From Methanotrichaceae archaeon (lineage in GTDB: Archaea > Halobacteriota > Methanosarcinia > Methanotrichales > Methanotrichaceae), in contig CAVWIG010000018.1 of assembly GCA_963754945.1 (NCBI GenBank), forward strand, positions 64,001 through 128,000: DNA of 64,000 nucleotides, written 5' to 3'. A model generated the notes under the pieces. The model did no database searches, was not told the origin of the DNA, and was given only the letters and a program-made list of their open reading frames with translations. A program made the position numbers and the translations under genes. Of the stretch, positions 61,692-64,000 are shown in pieces. Numbering within the stretch: the stretch's first letter is position 1; the number at the start of each line of letters is the position of its first letter.

Positions 61692-62621
61692 TCACTTGTT
61701 TTGCTTCTCCAGTACCAGATCCTCGAACTCGCTCGTCCTGCCGATGGTGTCCAGCTCGCGCTTTTCTATGATGGCTGTATCACCTATGCAGTCAACCCTC
61801 GACTCGCCTTCCACTATGACAGCTGAGTGGGTCCTGGCCACTGTGGACAAGCTGCTCATGAGTTGGGCCTTCTTGAGCATGTTCTGTGAGAACTTGCTGA
61901 TCCCGGTCAGGACGACCAGATCCTCGTCCCTGGTCACTGCATTGAAAGGAGCCTGAGCCGTTGGGAAGACCTCGAACCCCATCTTGGAGAGAAGCTGCAG
62001 TATGTTGTCGGTGATCTGCTCTGGCTTATCTTCCAGGTTTCCCGACTTGAAGAGATCCACTGGCAGAATAACCTCCTCCTCGAAGATCTCCTCAAGCTTG
62101 ACGGCCACGTCTATGGACGTATCCATGTTCTCCGTCTCATACTTTGATATTGTGCGCCGCGAGACTCCTAGCCTGGAACCCAGAGCTCCCAGCGAGATTC
62201 CCCGATCCAGCCTGAGCTGCCGGATCAAAGAGCCGTCTATGCGGACGTAGAGTCCTCCGTGGGCTGCGTAGACGAGAGGCAACACTCCATCGAGGAGACA
62301 GTCGGCCAAGGTTGGAACGCTGACCGTGGGTATGCCGTACCTGAAGTACACCGCTCCCCGCTCCAGGTACTGGTCCCGGCTCTTCTCCCCAACCAGAATG
62401 GTTCGCCCAAGGAGATGCTTGGCCAAACGGCGGACTTCCACCGCAGTCCTCTCGTTCAGGCCGTCTATGTTGGAGAGGATCTTTATTAGGATGAAAAGAT
62501 CTTCTTTCCTTGCCGCTAGATCGAAGGACCTGGGGCGTAGGTAGCAGCGCGCTGAGATTGTGAACCCCGCTTGCTTCAGCAGACCACTAACACTCTCGGC
62601 GAGAAGCTCCTTATCCATCAT
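61692..62621 (-). CDS. conserved archaeal Cro/C1 HTH regulator
   Basis: FDLAAR, KILSNID, VYFRYGIP, GGLYV, GVSRRTISKYE. Confidence 0.85.
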   Translation of the reverse strand: MMDKELLAESVSGLLKQAGFTISARCYLRPRSFDLAARKEDLFILIKILSNIDGLNERTAVEVRRLAKHLLGRTILVGEKSRDQYLERGAVYFRYGIPTVSVPTLADCLLDGVLPLVYAAHGGLYVRIDGSLIRQLRLDRGISLGALGSRLGVSRRTISKYETENMDTSIDVAVKLEEIFEEEVILPVDLFKSGNLEDKPEQITDNILQLLSKMGFEVFPTAQAPFNAVTRDEDLVVLTGISKFSQNMLKKAQLMSSLSTVARTHSAVIVEGESRVDCIGDTAIIEKRELDTIGRTSEFEDLVLEKQNK

Positions 62622-62659
62622 TATATATCACAGTTAGACCGGTATTTAAAGGTTGACGT

Positions 62660-63907
62660 ATGTTCATAGGAATAGACGATACCGATTCGGAGAGAGGCCT
62701 GTGCACCACTTATCTGGCAGCGGTACTCATGGACAGGCTTCGGCCCTTTGGCGAACTGGTGGGTCTTCCCAAGCTGGTTCGCCTCAATCCATGTGCCCCG
62801 TTCAAGACCAGAGGCAACGCTGCAATCGCCTTCCAGTTTGAGACCGAGCGACCCAGAGAGGTCAGAGACTTAGCCCTGCAGACCGTCATAGAGTTCTCCG
62901 ACCTTTCCGGCAAAAACACCAACCCTGGCCTGGTGGCTGCGGACGTGGTCTCCCGAAGAATGAAATATTTTTATAAAAGGGCTGTGACTGAGATCCTGGA
63001 GATTGACGAGGCCAGGGAGCTCCTGGAGGCTGAGGGAGTTTGGCATCAGGGATTCAAGAAAGGCCGTGGACTGATAGGCGCTCTGGCGGCTGTGGGCGCA
63101 GAGTTGGAGGACCACACCTACGAGCTTATTGCCTACAGAGAGCCCAAGCGGTGGGGCACTCCAAGGATGATAGACCAGGCATCGGTCTGGAAGGCCGACA
63201 GCCTGACCTATCCACTGACCTGGGATACGGTGGACTGCCACAACAACCGGATTGTATTCGCCCCTCATTCCGTCGACCCGGTCCTCTTCGGAATTCGTGG
63301 TGACGACATCGGAGCCATAGACCTGGCCTTCCGGACCATCACTTCTGAGCCCTGGGAGAGGAAGGTCCTTTACCTGACAAACCAGGGGACAGACGCCCAC
63401 ATCATGCCCGGAGTTGTTTCAGAGGTCGTGGACAACCAGAGCTACCGGCTGAGAGGCAGGGTGAAGGATGCTCCTCGGGTAATCGAGGGAGGCCATCTGT
63501 TCTTCTCAATCTATGACAAACAGAACTCGCTGGTCTGCGCAGCCTTCGAGCCCACAAAGAACTTCAGAGACACCGTAAAAAAGCTTGTTCCGGGCGATCT
63601 GATCGAGGTTTACGGAGCGGTTAAGGAAAGGACGCTGAACCTCGAAAAGCTGGAGGTGCTGGAGCTGGCCGACATGATAGCGGCCCAGGCTCCCTTATGC
63701 GCATCATGTGGGAGGCGAATGAAGTCCGCAGGCCGCGAGCAGGGATACAGATGCAGGAGATGCAAGATCAAAGCGGAACAGCTGGAGAAGAAGGTCCTTC
63801 CGAGAGATGTAGAGACTGGGTTCTACGAGGTTCCGCCGTGCGCCAGAAGGCACCTATCCAAACAACTTGTGCGAATGAAGGGACAGAAGGTGCACCCTAG
63901 CCGGTGA
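62660..63907 (+). CDS. tiaS: tRNA(Ile2) 2-agmatinylcytidine synthetase
   Basis: IGIDDTDS..G.CTTY, KTRGN, TNQGTD, AAFEPT, Zn ribbon, RRHLSK. Confidence 0.95.
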   Translation: MFIGIDDTDSERGLCTTYLAAVLMDRLRPFGELVGLPKLVRLNPCAPFKTRGNAAIAFQFETERPREVRDLALQTVIEFSDLSGKNTNPGLVAADVVSRRMKYFYKRAVTEILEIDEARELLEAEGVWHQGFKKGRGLIGALAAVGAELEDHTYELIAYREPKRWGTPRMIDQASVWKADSLTYPLTWDTVDCHNNRIVFAPHSVDPVLFGIRGDDIGAIDLAFRTITSEPWERKVLYLTNQGTDAHIMPGVVSEVVDNQSYRLRGRVKDAPRVIEGGHLFFSIYDKQNSLVCAAFEPTKNFRDTVKKLVPGDLIEVYGAVKERTLNLEKLEVLELADMIAAQAPLCASCGRRMKSAGREQGYRCRRCKIKAEQLEKKVLPRDVETGFYEVPPCARRHLSKQLVRMKGQKVHPSR

Positions 63908-64000
63908 AAAACGAGGTGACTTGAGTAATTACGGCAGCACACATCGCAGAGCTGCGGGGAATTAAAAAAAAATTAAAATATTTTGAGTTTGAGGTTATCT

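Noticed and set aside
1-64000. CRISPR array, rRNA or provirus structural genes
   Set aside because: No regularly spaced repeats, rRNA signatures or capsid/terminase motifs seen

Overview
Chromosomal window of an acetoclastic Methanothrix-like methanogen (Methanosarcinales lineage, inferred from the McrA/McrB sequences and the mcrBDGA order). Core genes include nadC/nadX, purH, sufCB, aksE-(unknown)-aksF, secE, cfbAED, afpA/isf, thyA, mcrBDGA, topA, three tRNAs, pelota, prk, tiaS and the 7S SRP RNA. There are four accessory patches: (i) 5.4-8.7 kb, a papain-like protease and chagasin inhibitor with unannotated Cys-rich micro-ORFs; (ii) 13.6-14.9 kb, two toxin-antitoxin pairs; (iii) 23.2-28.2 kb, triple-nested IS elements plus an inverted IS256 copy; (iv) about 45.3-59.5 kb, an IS-riddled integrated plasmid-like element. 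That element's tyrosine integrase abuts the 3' end of the SRP RNA gene, and a 17-bp piece of the SRP gene recurs at its far boundary. Strongest leads: the SRP-RNA-associated element, a Cys-rich unknown gene wedged in the coenzyme-B chain-elongation operon, a long hairpin in the mcrB leader, a PP-loop-degenerate TtuA/Ncs6 paralog, and repeated apparent non-AUG starts. Several single-base frameshifts in essential genes suggest residual assembly errors, so pseudogene calls are uncertain. All calls come from reading the sequence; no searches were run.
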